Shown piece by piece: positions 1 to 10,400 of a stretch of 64,000 nucleotides of DNA. The stretch is from a virus (taxonomy: Duplodnaviria > Caudoviricetes): positions 118,834 to 182,833 of the IMG/VR virus record IMGVR_UViG_3300020049_016424, one strand, 5' to 3'. Position 1 is the stretch's first letter; each line of letters starts with the position of its first letter. The position numbers were made by a program, and so were the translations under genes. The notes under the pieces are model-generated. The model did not search any database, was not told where the DNA came from, and saw only the letters and a list, made by a program, of their open reading frames with translations.

Positions 1-1
1 T

Positions 2-697
2 GCCCCGACACTCGCGAGTCCGCAGTTCGACTCCCTCTTCGAAGGAGCGCTGAAGGCAGCGGCTGCAAAGAAGAAGGACGACGACACCGACTACGACGAT
101 CTCCGCAGTACCCTGCGGAGTTTCGCGCCGTTCACGGACGATGTAGCTCGCAGGGTCACATCGCATGCGAAGAAGCGCGGCGCGAAGAGGGCGCTCGAGA
201 AGTTCGGCATGGAGCTCGCCTTCGACACGCCGCAAGAGGTGCAGCGTCACCGTGACGTGCGCGGACTCGCCCAAGGTGCGGGCGCCCTGGGCGGCGCCTA
301 CGCCGGCTTCAAGGCCACGCCCGGCGGCATGGGGCGCAAGCTCCTCGGCGGCGTGATCGGAGGCGGCCTCGGACACACGGGTGCCGGCATCGCGGTGGAC
401 TCCGCCCACGACATCCCGCAGCGTACGCGGGCGCAGTACGACACCACGCAGCAGCGCCTGCATGCAGCCGGCGGCGTTCCTGCGCTGAAGCTCGCGGACA
501 TCGCCGACGATCTCGTCGCAGCCATCGCCGAGGGCGAGGGGCACGAAGTAGGCCCTGGCACCGAGTCCTTCGCGGAGTCCGAGCTTGCGCAGCGCACGTC
601 GTCCCCGTCCTGGGGCGCGGTGGCGAACGTAGACGGCAGCGGAACGCAGGGCGGAAACATGCAGACCGGCGCTGGGATGTCCTACGGAGGCGTGTGA
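2..697 (+). CDS. 5'-truncated head-associated glycine-zipper protein
   Basis: The frame of ORF 209..697 is open back to position 2 (APTLASPQFDSLFEGALKAAAAKKK...). It contains GAKRALEKFGM, a GAGALGGAYAG/LLGGVIGGGLG glycine zipper and a KLA site. The stop overlaps the next start (TGATG). Confidence 0.7.
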   Translation, partial: APTLASPQFDSLFEGALKAAAAKKKDDDTDYDDLRSTLRSFAPFTDDVARRVTSHAKKRGAKRALEKFGMELAFDTPQEVQRHRDVRGLAQGAGALGGAYAGFKATPGGMGRKLLGGVIGGGLGHTGAGIAVDSAHDIPQRTRAQYDTTQQRLHAAGGVPALKLADIADDLVAAIAEGEGHEVGPGTESFAESELAQRTSSPSWGAVANVDGSGTQGGNMQTGAGMSYGGV

Positions 698-2172
698 TGC
701 CGCTCGAGGGCGCCGAAGCTCTTCGCACCACGCTGCAACCGCACCAGCAACGTGTGGGCGACCGGCTGTCTGCAGATGACCAGCCGGGGCTCGTAGCCAT
801 CCACGGCCTCGGCAGCGGCAAGACCCTCACAAGCATCGGCGCCGCACAGGCGCTCGGGCTGCCTGCGCACGCTGTCGTGCCTGCCTCGCTCCAGGGCAAC
901 TACGAGAAGGAGCTCGACAAGCACCTCACGACGGGGGCAGCGCGGCCTGAAGTGCACTCGCTGCAGCGCACGACGATGCGCCCCGAGAGCGTCGACCCTG
1001 CGGGCGGTTTCCTGATCATGGATGAGGCGCACCGCGTCCGCGACCCTTCGACGAAGAGCTACAGTGCCGCGAAGCAACTCGGACAACAGGCTGCGAAGCG
1101 CCTGTACATGACCGCGAGCCCCACCTACAACCACCCCGTCGATCTCGCGCCCCTCGTGAACCTTGCTGCAGGGGAGAAGGTCCTGCCGGCGAACAAGCAG
1201 GAGTTCGAAGATCGGTACGTGCGCACGCGCCGCATCGACCCTGGATTCTTCGCACGCACCTTTCGCGGCATCAAACCCGGCGAGGTGCAGGAGCTCACGC
1301 GCCAGCAGGAGCTCGAGGACGTCGCGAAGAAGTGGGTCGACTACCACGAAGGCGGCGGAGGTGATTTCCCCGACCGTATCGATGAGACCATCTCCGTGCC
1401 GATGTCGAGCGAGCAGCGCGACGTCTACGACACGGTGCTTGGCAAGGCCCCTGCCTGGATGCAGTACAAGGTGAGGCACGGGCTACCCCCTTCGAAGGCC
1501 GAAGCTGCCGATCTCAACGCGTTCATGACCGGCGCGCGGCAGGCACAGCTCTCCCCGCACGTGTTCCAGCAAGGGATGGACCCGCTGCTGGGTGCGACGA
1601 AGCAGCACGCCGCATTCGAGCGTCTGCAGAAAGCCATTGCAGAGAACCCGGAGCATCGGGCAGTCGTCTACTCGAACTACCTGCAAGCGGGCCTCGGGCC
1701 CTACCAGGCCCTCCTCGACAAGCACCAGATCCCATACGCGTCGTTCACCGGCGAAATGGGGCGCGGTGAGCGGGAGCAGGCCGTGCGTGACTACAATCGG
1801 GGCAAACTCCGTGCGCTCCTCGTCTCGAGCGCGGGCGGCGAAGGCCTGGACCTGAAGGGGACACGGCAGCTGCAGTTACTCGAACCTGCTTGGAACGCCG
1901 AACGGCTGAATCAGGTGATTGGGCGGGGGATCCGCTATAAGAGCCACGCGCATTTACCCGAAGATCAGCGCAACGTTCGCGTAGAACAGTATTTGTCTTC
2001 CATCCCGCAGGGGCATCTAGGCAAGTTCTTTGGTGTGCAACCCGAGATGACGGCTGACGCGTACCTCACGCAGGTAAGTGCAGACAAAGAACGGCTGAAT
2101 CAGCAGTTACGTCGCATATTGGAACGCGCGCAAGCCCATGCTACTCCTCCCCTAGCGCATGAAAAAACATAA
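697..2172 (+). CDS. SF2 (SNF2-like) DEAH helicase/ATPase
   Basis: Walker A HGLGSGKT, motif II DEAH, III TAS, V GGEGLDLKG, VI QVIGRGIR. Start is ATG 697 (or GTG 694). Confidence 0.9.
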   Translation: MPLEGAEALRTTLQPHQQRVGDRLSADDQPGLVAIHGLGSGKTLTSIGAAQALGLPAHAVVPASLQGNYEKELDKHLTTGAARPEVHSLQRTTMRPESVDPAGGFLIMDEAHRVRDPSTKSYSAAKQLGQQAAKRLYMTASPTYNHPVDLAPLVNLAAGEKVLPANKQEFEDRYVRTRRIDPGFFARTFRGIKPGEVQELTRQQELEDVAKKWVDYHEGGGGDFPDRIDETISVPMSSEQRDVYDTVLGKAPAWMQYKVRHGLPPSKAEAADLNAFMTGARQAQLSPHVFQQGMDPLLGATKQHAAFERLQKAIAENPEHRAVVYSNYLQAGLGPYQALLDKHQIPYASFTGEMGRGEREQAVRDYNRGKLRALLVSSAGGEGLDLKGTRQLQLLEPAWNAERLNQVIGRGIRYKSHAHLPEDQRNVRVEQYLSSIPQGHLGKFFGVQPEMTADAYLTQVSADKERLNQQLRRILERAQAHATPPLAHEKT

Positions 2173-3061
2173 GTACCGCGTACAAGAGTACCGCGCAGAG
2201 TATCATGCGCTGTGGAACGCCGTAGCTCGCTGTACAAACCCGCGCAATGCTTCGTACTCTGCATACGGCGCAAAAGGGGTCCAGGTGTGTGAAGCATGGC
2301 GCGGCTCTGAAGGATTCAACGTATTCATCCACGATATGGGGCCCCGTCCTAGTGTTCTACACAGTTTGGACCGTGTAGATGTGACGGGCGGTTACACGCG
2401 CGACAATTGTCGGTGGGCCACCCGATCAGAGCAGGCAAATAACACTAGGAATACCCGAAAAATCACGCTATTTGAAACAACTAAGACGTTCAAACAGTGG
2501 GCGGCAGTGTACGGACTGCGCGATTCGTTAGTGCACACCCGTATCAACAAACTAGGCTGGCCGATAGAGCGTGCGTTCACCACGCCTGCTGCGAAGGTGG
2601 ACCAAGCTAAGGGCGCAGACCCTGCAGCAGCCGCCCTTCGACGTGCGATCCAACGCTGCCACAACCCAAACAACCCACAGTACGCGCGCTATGGCGCTCG
2701 CGGAATCGTTGTCTGCACACAATGGCGTGGAAAGCGGGGCCTGTCGCAGTTCAAACAGGATATCGGACCCCATCCGGGGCCTGGATATTCGCTGGATCGA
2801 ATAGATACCAACCAAGGATACGCGCCGGAAAACTGTCGTTGGGCGACACGAACAACACAATTGAATAACCGTAGGTGCACTAAAACCCTAACATACGCAG
2901 GACGCTGTCTCACGTATGCGCAATGGGCGCGAGATCTGGGCATTGACGAACAGACAGTCCGCTGGCGCATCAAACAAGGGTGGCCCCTTCCGCGGGTGCT
3001 CGCGCCAAGCCCAATACAACGCGCACGCAGGCTCTTGACCGCTGCCGCAGCTACCCAGTAG
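2159..3061 (+). CDS. Free-standing HNH-like homing endonuclease with two tandem nuclease+HTH units
   Basis: Two copies of RCxNPxxxxYxxYGxxGxxVCxxW...LDRxDxxxxYxxxNCRWAT...NN followed by QWA..GW. Visibly lower GC than its neighbours. Confidence 0.75.
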   Translation: MKKHKYRVQEYRAEYHALWNAVARCTNPRNASYSAYGAKGVQVCEAWRGSEGFNVFIHDMGPRPSVLHSLDRVDVTGGYTRDNCRWATRSEQANNTRNTRKITLFETTKTFKQWAAVYGLRDSLVHTRINKLGWPIERAFTTPAAKVDQAKGADPAAAALRRAIQRCHNPNNPQYARYGARGIVVCTQWRGKRGLSQFKQDIGPHPGPGYSLDRIDTNQGYAPENCRWATRTTQLNNRRCTKTLTYAGRCLTYAQWARDLGIDEQTVRWRIKQGWPLPRVLAPSPIQRARRLLTAAAATQ

Positions 3062-3071
3062 CCTGTTGCGC

Positions 3072-3723
3072 ATGTTGATCCTCGAAATCCGTGCCGGCGA
3101 AGGTGGATCTGACGCCAAGGACCTCGTTCTCGAACAGCAGGAGATGTATCTCCGGCGCTGCGCGTTCCACGGTCTTTGACTGCGCGCTGCTCGACGCACG
3201 CCCCAGCAGCGTGACGCTCCGCATCGCAGGCTCTCGCGCCGCAGACCTGTTCCGAGACGAAACTGGCAAGCACTGCTGGATGCGTGTGCCTCCGGGCGAG
3301 AAGCGCGGTCGTGTTCACACGAGCACCGTCACCGTGGCCGTGCTGCCCGAGGTCTCTGAGCGCACGCTCTCGATCCCGGAACGTGACCTCGAGATCTCAG
3401 TGTGCAGAGGCTCGGGCGCAGGAGGCCAGCACCGTAACAAGACCGAGTCGGCCGTGATGATGAAGCACGTGCCTACAGGGATCATCGTGCGTTGTGAGTC
3501 CGAGCGCTCTCAGATCCAAAACCGCGCCTCTGCGCTCGAAGTGCTCCGTGCGCGACTCGGCGCCGCGGCCCGCACAGGCGCGCACCTCGACCGCAACGCA
3601 GGGCGTAGGGAGCAGCTCGAAGGGTCGAAGCGCCGAACCGTACGCGTACCCGACGGGCAAGTCGTCGACCACCTCACCGGTAGGGTCTGGAAGCTGCGAG
3701 ACTACCTGAAGGGGACCTGGTAA
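3072..3723 (+). CDS. Class-I peptide chain release factor homolog (RF1-like, lacks domain 1), needing a +1 frameshift at 3174-3180; ~216 aa
   Basis: ATG 3072 gives MLILEIRAGEGGSDAKD...YLRRCAFHGL then TGA. The +1 frame continues DCALL...RVPPGEKRGRVHTSTVTVAVLPE...SGAGGQHRNKTESAV...ERSQIQNR (GGQ motif). Confidence 0.85.
3174..3180 (+). other. prfB-type +1 programmed frameshift site CTT TGA C
   Basis: In-frame CTT (codon 35) then TGA-C. Slippage CUU to UUU restores the release-factor frame. Confidence 0.75.
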
Positions 3724-3739
3724 GATCCGGCCTAGCTCC

Positions 3740-5536
3740 ATGAAGACGCTCGGCCAGCACCTGCTCGATGACGCCGTACCCGCCGGCTATCGCCCACAAG
3801 GGGCTTGGACGCGCGGGGCGCTCTACAAGCAGATGGTGCGGCTCGCGCAAGACGACCCCGAAACGTACACGCAGACCATCGTCCGGGTGAAGAACCTGGG
3901 CGATGAGCTCGCGACGCTCGAGGGCATCAGCGTCGGTCTCGACGACATCGCACCGATCCACGCGACGCGGGATGCCGTGATGAAGCCCGCGATCTCCGCC
4001 TTCAACAAGGCGACGACCGACACGCAACGCCGCAAGGTCGTCATGGACACGCAGGCGAAGCTCGTCGCGCAGACCAAGGACCATCCCGGAACGCTCGGCG
4101 CGATGGCGCGTTCAGGCGGCCGCGGTAACCAGGTGCAGCTGATGAAGACGGTGGGCAGCCCCGTGGCCGCAAACGACGAGCGGGACGTGGCGCAGCCCTG
4201 GCTGATCCGCAACTCCTACAGCGAGGGCCTCAAGCCCGCAGACTGGTGGACCGCGAATCGCGAAGCGCGCATGGCCGCGGTGAAGTCGACCATCGAGGTC
4301 ACCGAGCCGGGCGACCTCTCGAAGATCATCGTCAACAACACCACCGGCCAAGTCGTCACCACGCACGACTGCGGCAGCTACAACGGCCTCGAGTTCCAAA
4401 CGACGTCGTCTGAGATCTACGACCGATACCTCGCAGGCGCCGCGGGCGGCTTCCCGCACAACACGCTCATCGACAAACGCGTCGTCGACGAACTCCGCAA
4501 GAAGAACATCACGAAGGTCATCGTGCGCTCTCCGATGACGTGCGAGGCTTCGACCGGCGTGTGCCAGCTCTGCATGGGTCGCGCCGTCACCGGCAAGCTC
4601 AACCGCATCGGGGACAACGTCGGCGTGCGCGCTTCGCACGCGATGGGCGAACCCCTCACGCAGCTCGCGCTCAACGCCAAGCACGGCGTGCGCACAGCGG
4701 GCGGCGCCGCGGGCGTCAGCGGTCTCGAGGGCTTCCGGGCGCTGATCGAAAGCCCCGTGACCTTCAAGGGCAAGGCGGCGCTCGCGCCGGTGAAGGGCAC
4801 CGTAACGAAGATCGAAGCCGCGCCCCAGGGCGGTACGTTCTTCCACATGGGCGAACACCGCGTGCACGCACTACCGGGGCTGCGCGCCGTCGTGAAGGCG
4901 GGCGACTCAGTGCATGCCGGGGACGTGCTCTCCGAAGGCACGCCGCGTCCGATGGAGGTCGTGGCGCTCAAGGGCCTCGGTGCCGGTCGGGACTACCTGG
5001 TGAACCAGCTCGGCACGATCTACAGGGACGCAGGCATCGACGTCGATCGCCGGCACCTCGAGATCCTCGCCAAGAGTACGCTGAATCACATGAAGGTCGA
5101 CAAGATCGGTCAGAACGACCATGGCGTCGTTCGGGGCGACGTCATCACCTACAACAAGTTCCGGCAGATCGTGAAAGACTCGATCGAGGACACGCCGCTT
5201 TCAGACGCCGAGGGCGAGTACCTCGCGGCGCCGGTGTTCGAGCACCTTCCAGGCACCCGCATCACTTCGGGCCTGATGGCCGATCTACGCCGGCGCGGTG
5301 TGAAGTCCGTGAAGACCGCCGCGGGCGCTCCGCAGGTGTCGCCCATCATGGCGCCTGCCACGCGTAATCCGCTCTTGAACCCCGACTGGATGGCCCGCAT
5401 GGGGCATCGCCTGCTCAAGCAGACGCTTCTCGACGCGGCGCACCAGGCGCACACGAGCGACATTCACGGCGCATCGCCGATTCCCGCCATGATCTATAGC
5501 GCCGAGTTCGGCGAAGGTTTCGACGGGCACTACTAA
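3740..5536 (+). CDS. Multisubunit RNA polymerase beta' subunit, C-terminal portion (split subunit)
   Basis: SGGRGN, SYSEGL...EARMAAVKSTIEVTEPGDL (bridge helix), HDCG and RSPMTC...GVCQLCMG (Zn site), GEPLTQLALNAKHG (trigger loop), IDVDRRHLEIL. No NADFDGD motif. Confidence 0.9.
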   Translation: MKTLGQHLLDDAVPAGYRPQGAWTRGALYKQMVRLAQDDPETYTQTIVRVKNLGDELATLEGISVGLDDIAPIHATRDAVMKPAISAFNKATTDTQRRKVVMDTQAKLVAQTKDHPGTLGAMARSGGRGNQVQLMKTVGSPVAANDERDVAQPWLIRNSYSEGLKPADWWTANREARMAAVKSTIEVTEPGDLSKIIVNNTTGQVVTTHDCGSYNGLEFQTTSSEIYDRYLAGAAGGFPHNTLIDKRVVDELRKKNITKVIVRSPMTCEASTGVCQLCMGRAVTGKLNRIGDNVGVRASHAMGEPLTQLALNAKHGVRTAGGAAGVSGLEGFRALIESPVTFKGKAALAPVKGTVTKIEAAPQGGTFFHMGEHRVHALPGLRAVVKAGDSVHAGDVLSEGTPRPMEVVALKGLGAGRDYLVNQLGTIYRDAGIDVDRRHLEILAKSTLNHMKVDKIGQNDHGVVRGDVITYNKFRQIVKDSIEDTPLSDAEGEYLAAPVFEHLPGTRITSGLMADLRRRGVKSVKTAAGAPQVSPIMAPATRNPLLNPDWMARMGHRLLKQTLLDAAHQAHTSDIHGASPIPAMIYSAEFGEGFDGHY

Positions 5537-5572
5537 TCTCTGTGGGGAGATTCGTGGTAGAAAGGGAGTAAC

Positions 5573-6079
5573 ATGGACGACTCGACGAAAGAGATGCTTG
5601 GCGGCGGTGCCCTTGTCGCAGGGGGTGCCGGCCTAGGCCCTGCGTGGCGCATGCTCAAGGAGCCCGCGGTAGCTACAGCCCAGGCGGGCGCGGAAGTTGC
5701 GCAGAACGCCCACATGCACGCAGCGAACGCGCATGAGGTAGCGTACCGGCAATTTTCCGACGCTGCACAGCGCCACCGACAAGGCCTTCCTCCGCTCCCA
5801 GGTGCGCCTGGAACCCCTGCAGCTGCAGAAGATTTGGTCCAGGCTGCGCGAGATCGCTATTACCGCGCAAGTGATTTCGCGGGGTACCGGGCGCGGGATG
5901 CAACCGCTGCTAGAGAAGCAGCCGAGAACGCTGCGCGGCGATTCCATACCGGCAGGGGCGCGCTGTACGCCCTCGGAGGCACCGCAGCCCTTGGCGGTAC
6001 CGCCCTCTTGGGCAAGGGCGTTTATGACGCCTACAACGAAGGCAAGACCGCTGCCCTGCGAACCTTCAGGGTCCGCTGA
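5573..6079 (+). CDS. Small glycine-zipper virion-associated protein
   Basis: GGGALVAGGAGLG and LGGTAALGGTALLG segments, C-terminal YNEGKTAALRTFRV, and GGGAG upstream. Confidence 0.65.
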   Translation: MDDSTKEMLGGGALVAGGAGLGPAWRMLKEPAVATAQAGAEVAQNAHMHAANAHEVAYRQFSDAAQRHRQGLPPLPGAPGTPAAAEDLVQAARDRYYRASDFAGYRARDATAAREAAENAARRFHTGRGALYALGGTAALGGTALLGKGVYDAYNEGKTAALRTFRVR

Positions 6080-6098
6080 AGGCCCTCGACGCCCCCTG

Positions 6099-6128
6099 TT
6101 GACTCGCCACCCCCTTCCGAGGCATTAT
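6099..6128 (+). promoter_or_regulatory. Sigma70-like promoter TTGACT-N18-CATTAT
   Basis: Intergenic, upstream of the head gene at 6202. Confidence 0.4.
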
Positions 6129-6201
6129 TTCCGTGTCTCGCCTGTCCACCGCCACGTGTGCGGTGCAACTGCCCCAAGATCACATCGTGGAGGAAATGCT
6201 C

Positions 6202-7386
6202 ATGACTCAGTCGCCGCTCTACAAGCGCGCATTCGTCCGAGGCCTCAACGCCCACCTCATGCAGGTCGGCGAGGTCGCGTACACGTCGAAGGAAGCGGCG
6301 GACTACGCGGCGGACTTCGTCGCGGACAACACCGGCATGCCGGACCCGTACTTCGAGGGAGACAAGGTCTCGCTCAAGGTCGCGTCCGACCTCTGCATCA
6401 GCCTGAGCCGCGCTGCGGACGCCCTGAACGCCCAGACGGGCGGGGCCTCGGCGGAGCTCAGCAAGCAGGCCGCGGCCATCGACCCCGTCGCGCAGGCGAC
6501 CGTCGACGCGTCGAACATCATGCACAAGATCGCGTACGAGACCGAAGGTCCGAACTCGGTCGAAGCTGCGGCTGCGCACAGCTCGCAGGCGGCGCTCGAC
6601 GCGCACAACCGCCCGGCCGGCTACGCCAACACCGGTGTCGGCAACTACATCGACAAGGGCCGCGGCCAGGTCGGTGTCGAAGAGCAGGTCCAGCACGGCG
6701 CGCCCACCGAGGGCGGAAGCAACTCGCCGATCGAGAACACCTCGAAGATGGGCGGCGTTCTCAAGGCAGCGGCTGCTGGCGGACGCACGGGCACCGCGCC
6801 GAACACCGTCGCGAACGCGGCGGCGCACAGCGACCAGGCTGCGCTCGACAACAAGAACCGCCCCGCGGGCTACGCCAACACCGGCGTCGGCAAGACCAGC
6901 CTGACCGCGTCGGGCTCGGCCGTCCTCGGCGCCGAGACTTCGGTGAAGCCGAAGGACAAGCCGATGACCGGCAGCAACAGCGTCAGCGCCCCGAAGACTG
7001 CGGCCGAGCGCCACCTCGAGCGTACTGCAGCGCTCCTGATCCAGTTCCTGCCGACCGCGCTCACGGACGTGCAGAAAGTCGCGCACATCCGTGCGTGCGC
7101 CGCGCTCACCCCTGCGCAGCAAGTCAACTACCTCACGAAGGTCGCCAGCGTCAGCGGCATCGACCAGGCCACCGTCGCCCAGATCCCGGACGCGTTCTTC
7201 TCGGCTGTGAAGACGGCGAGCGAGGGCGAGGACGACTACGAGGTCGCGCAGGCGCTCGAGGCAGCTGCGGCCGAGCTCGGCAATCGCGCGGAGCACAAGG
7301 AAGACGCCGCCGTGCGCAAGCTCACCGAAGAGAAGACTGCCGCGGCCCTCGCGCAGCTCAGCGCCGCGACTGCTCGCGTCGCCTGA
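6202..7386 (+). CDS. Head scaffold/internal protein with an internal duplication
   Basis: GGAGG 8 nt before ATG 6202. Two copies of AAAHSxQAALDxxNRPAGYANTGVG. 11 of 21 Lys lie in K-x-A. Confidence 0.7.
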   Translation: MTQSPLYKRAFVRGLNAHLMQVGEVAYTSKEAADYAADFVADNTGMPDPYFEGDKVSLKVASDLCISLSRAADALNAQTGGASAELSKQAAAIDPVAQATVDASNIMHKIAYETEGPNSVEAAAAHSSQAALDAHNRPAGYANTGVGNYIDKGRGQVGVEEQVQHGAPTEGGSNSPIENTSKMGGVLKAAAAGGRTGTAPNTVANAAAHSDQAALDNKNRPAGYANTGVGKTSLTASGSAVLGAETSVKPKDKPMTGSNSVSAPKTAAERHLERTAALLIQFLPTALTDVQKVAHIRACAALTPAQQVNYLTKVASVSGIDQATVAQIPDAFFSAVKTASEGEDDYEVAQALEAAAAELGNRAEHKEDAAVRKLTEEKTAAALAQLSAATARVA

Positions 7387-7405
7387 AGTCGCTTCTCGTC
7401 TCTGG

Positions 7406-7445
7406 AAGCCTGCTCGCAGATCTTGCGAGCGGGCTTTTCCTTTTT
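7406..7445 (+). terminator. Intrinsic terminator
   Basis: Stem aagcctgctcgca / tgcgagcgggctt followed by a T-rich tract. Confidence 0.8.
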
Positions 7446-7494
7446 CGGGTAGCATGCTCATGGCACGCCGCCCTTTTGCCCACGAGATTCCCGC

Positions 7495-10400
7495 ATGACG
7501 AAGATCGCTGCCCTTGGCCCGGCCATCGATGCCCTCGAGCAGACGCCGACGAATGCATCGAAGGCTCAGTTCTTCGAACAGCACGTGACCGACCAGGCCT
7601 ACCAGGCGTTCGACGCCCGGCATCCCGACCTGACCGAGTCCATCGTCACGTTCAAGATGGTGACGAGTGATCCCGACGCGGGCACGGCCGTCGGCGCCTT
7701 CATCCTCGATCTCGCTGGCGAAGCTGCTTACGTCCCCGTGACGTTCCATGCCGACGAGGTCTCGCCCCTCGACATCCTCTTCGTCGTGAACAAGGGCACC
7801 TTCGTGCCCTTCACGCAGGAGTGGGTCGAGGAGGTGCTGCGCAACAGCAGCCAGGGCCTCGGCGAAGCCCAGAAGCTGCCGCCGACGGTCGCGACCGACA
7901 TGGACATCCGCAATCTCGTCGTCCCGCCGACGACGGGTCGCTACTCCTACGCGAGCGCCGTCGAGCGCGGCACCCCCGAGCAGAAGGTGCTCTGGAAGAT
8001 CGCGGCAGACTCGACGCACCCGCTCGGTGTGTCGATGTGCAAGCGCGCAGAGGAAGCCTTCGACCCGGGCATGTGGGAAGGCTTCGTCGCGCAGTTCTCG
8101 CAGCTCAACGGCATGACGCCGGGCGTCGCGCTCGATCAGGGCCAGATGGACATGAACATCATGTCCAAGATGTACAAGAGCTACGTCAAGACCTGGATGA
8201 TGCCGCAGGAAGCTGCGGCGGCTGGCGTAGGCGGGATGGCTCCGGGCGGGCAGCCTGGCGCGCAACCGGGCATGGCGCCGGGTGCTGCGCCGCAGCAGCC
8301 CCCTGCCCCCGGTCCGAACATGCAGCAGCCGGGAGCTGCAGCCCCCGCACCGATGGCGCCGGGCGCCGCGCAGGCTGCTCCGGGACAGATGCCCGCGGCT
8401 GATCCGATGAAGATGGGCTCTGCCGCGTCACAGGGGCTGTTCGCGCGGCTCGGCGGCAAGGCCGACGACCTCGCAGGCGTCGTTGCAGAGAACGCTGCTC
8501 TCGGCGGCCTCGGCGGCGCGCTCACCAGCGTCTACGACGACGACTACTCGGACATGGGCAGCCGCGCACTCAAGGGCTCGCTCGGCGGAACGCTCGGCGG
8601 CACCCTCGGGCGCGCGCTCGGCGGCCGCATGAACACGCGCTACCCGCAGCTCGAAGGCCTCGGTGATGAGATCGGGCAGCTCGCGGGGCTCGGCATCGGA
8701 TCTATCTCCGCGGCACGCCCCGGCAGCATCTCGAACGCGCTGCGTCCGAACAGCGCACCACAGCAAGACCCCTACGGGGGCATGTACCGCTACGCGGCTT
8801 TCGAAGACCCGAAGCCGATGTTCAAGCACGCGTTCGCCGAGCCGCACGAGCGCCCGCTTCGCCTGCTCGACTACCTCGAGCGCGCGCCGAACAACGTGAA
8901 GACCGCGTTCGCGACCGTGCTGAAGAAGCACGTGCCGCTGCTCAAGCTCGCCGCTCAGATCTATGGCGACAAGGAGCTCGTCGCCGCGCTCAAGCCGCGC
9001 GCGAAGGTTGCGGGGCAGACCCCCGAAGGGGGCCTGAAGATCGTCCGCTCGACCGACGGCGTCCAGGCCTTCGGGCCTCGTGCTGGCGCGGCGTTCCGCG
9101 GCGTCGCGATGCGCGGGTACTACTACGAGGACGACGGCAAGCGCCCTGCGCGCAACCAAGCCGTCATCAAGCAGGAGTACCATGACGCGCACGATGCGCG
9201 CGAACCGGGCGTGTACCTGCTCTGGGCGTTCGACGGCAAGCGCGTGCCCGCGCTCATCGTGCAGGATCCGCTCGACCTCGAGAACAGCGAGCGGCAGTAC
9301 TCGCCGAAGAACACCTCGCAGGTGAAGCCGGTCATCACGAAGACGCCCGGCACCTTCGCGACGCACCCCGAGCCCGATTCGAAGGGCAATCTCAACTGCC
9401 CGGAGCCGGATGTGGAGCGCTCCCACAAGTCCGAGCGCCTCGTGCTGCTCGGCGACGGGCGCAACTTCACCGTAGACCAGATCGTCGGCGAACAGATGAC
9501 TGAGAAGCTGCTCGAGGGCACGCCGCTGTACGGGCGCGTCTGGGGCAACAAGACCGCGAAGGTCGCCTCAGGGTATGGCGCCTTCATCTGGCAGACGGGC
9601 TCGCACTACTACGCCACCAAGCCGGTGACGCTCGCAGAGATCGCGACGTCCGCAGACGGCGTCATCACGGGCAAGTTCCGGCACGGCAAGCGTTTCCGCA
9701 TCGACCCGCGCTCGCCGATGAAGCGGCCCGTGCGCCCGCGCGACTCCGGCTACGTCCTGATCCCTGCATCCTGGCGCTGGGTCCCGCTCAAGGATATGCC
9801 CTACGAGTCCCGCAACGACTTCATCACGACCCCGTCGCAGGTCATCGACCTCGGCATGAACGCGATGGGCGCGATGGGCGCGCGCAAGGTGCGCGTAGAC
9901 AACGCGGGTGCCCGCACGTTCTCGGTGCGCAGCGCGCTGTCCGAGGACAAGGGTCCGCTCGAGAAGAGCGCCGCCATCAAGTACCTCGCTGATCTCGAGA
10001 GCATTTCGGGCGCGGACGCTGAAGCCTGCGTGAAGCTCGCCGAGCTCGAGCGGAGTGTCACGGCGCACATCATCCCGAAGCCGCTGCTCTCGAAGTTCGC
10101 GGCGCTCGTGAAGCGTGCAGACCCCGCGATGGACCAGGCGCTCGGAGAGACTCTCGGAGGCCTCGAGCAGCAGGTCGCGCAGCTCCAAAGCCAGCTGCAG
10201 GTCCTGCAGACGGTGCAACAGCGCGCGCAAGAAATCGCATCGGGCGGCGGCATGGCCCCGACCGACATGCAGCAGACCGACCCCGCCATGCCGGCAGCGG
10301 GCGGCACGCCTGCTCCTGCGGCCCCCGCGACGCCGGCCCCCGGAGCGCCCATGGACCCGAACGCGGCAGCCGGAGCTCCTCCCGCGGCGCCCGCACCTGC

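Noticed and set aside
3091-3723. ORF-track start GTG 3091 for the release factor
   Set aside because: Its first ~28 residues lack RF motifs. The LEIRAG motif and the promoter belong to ATG 3072 in the other frame.
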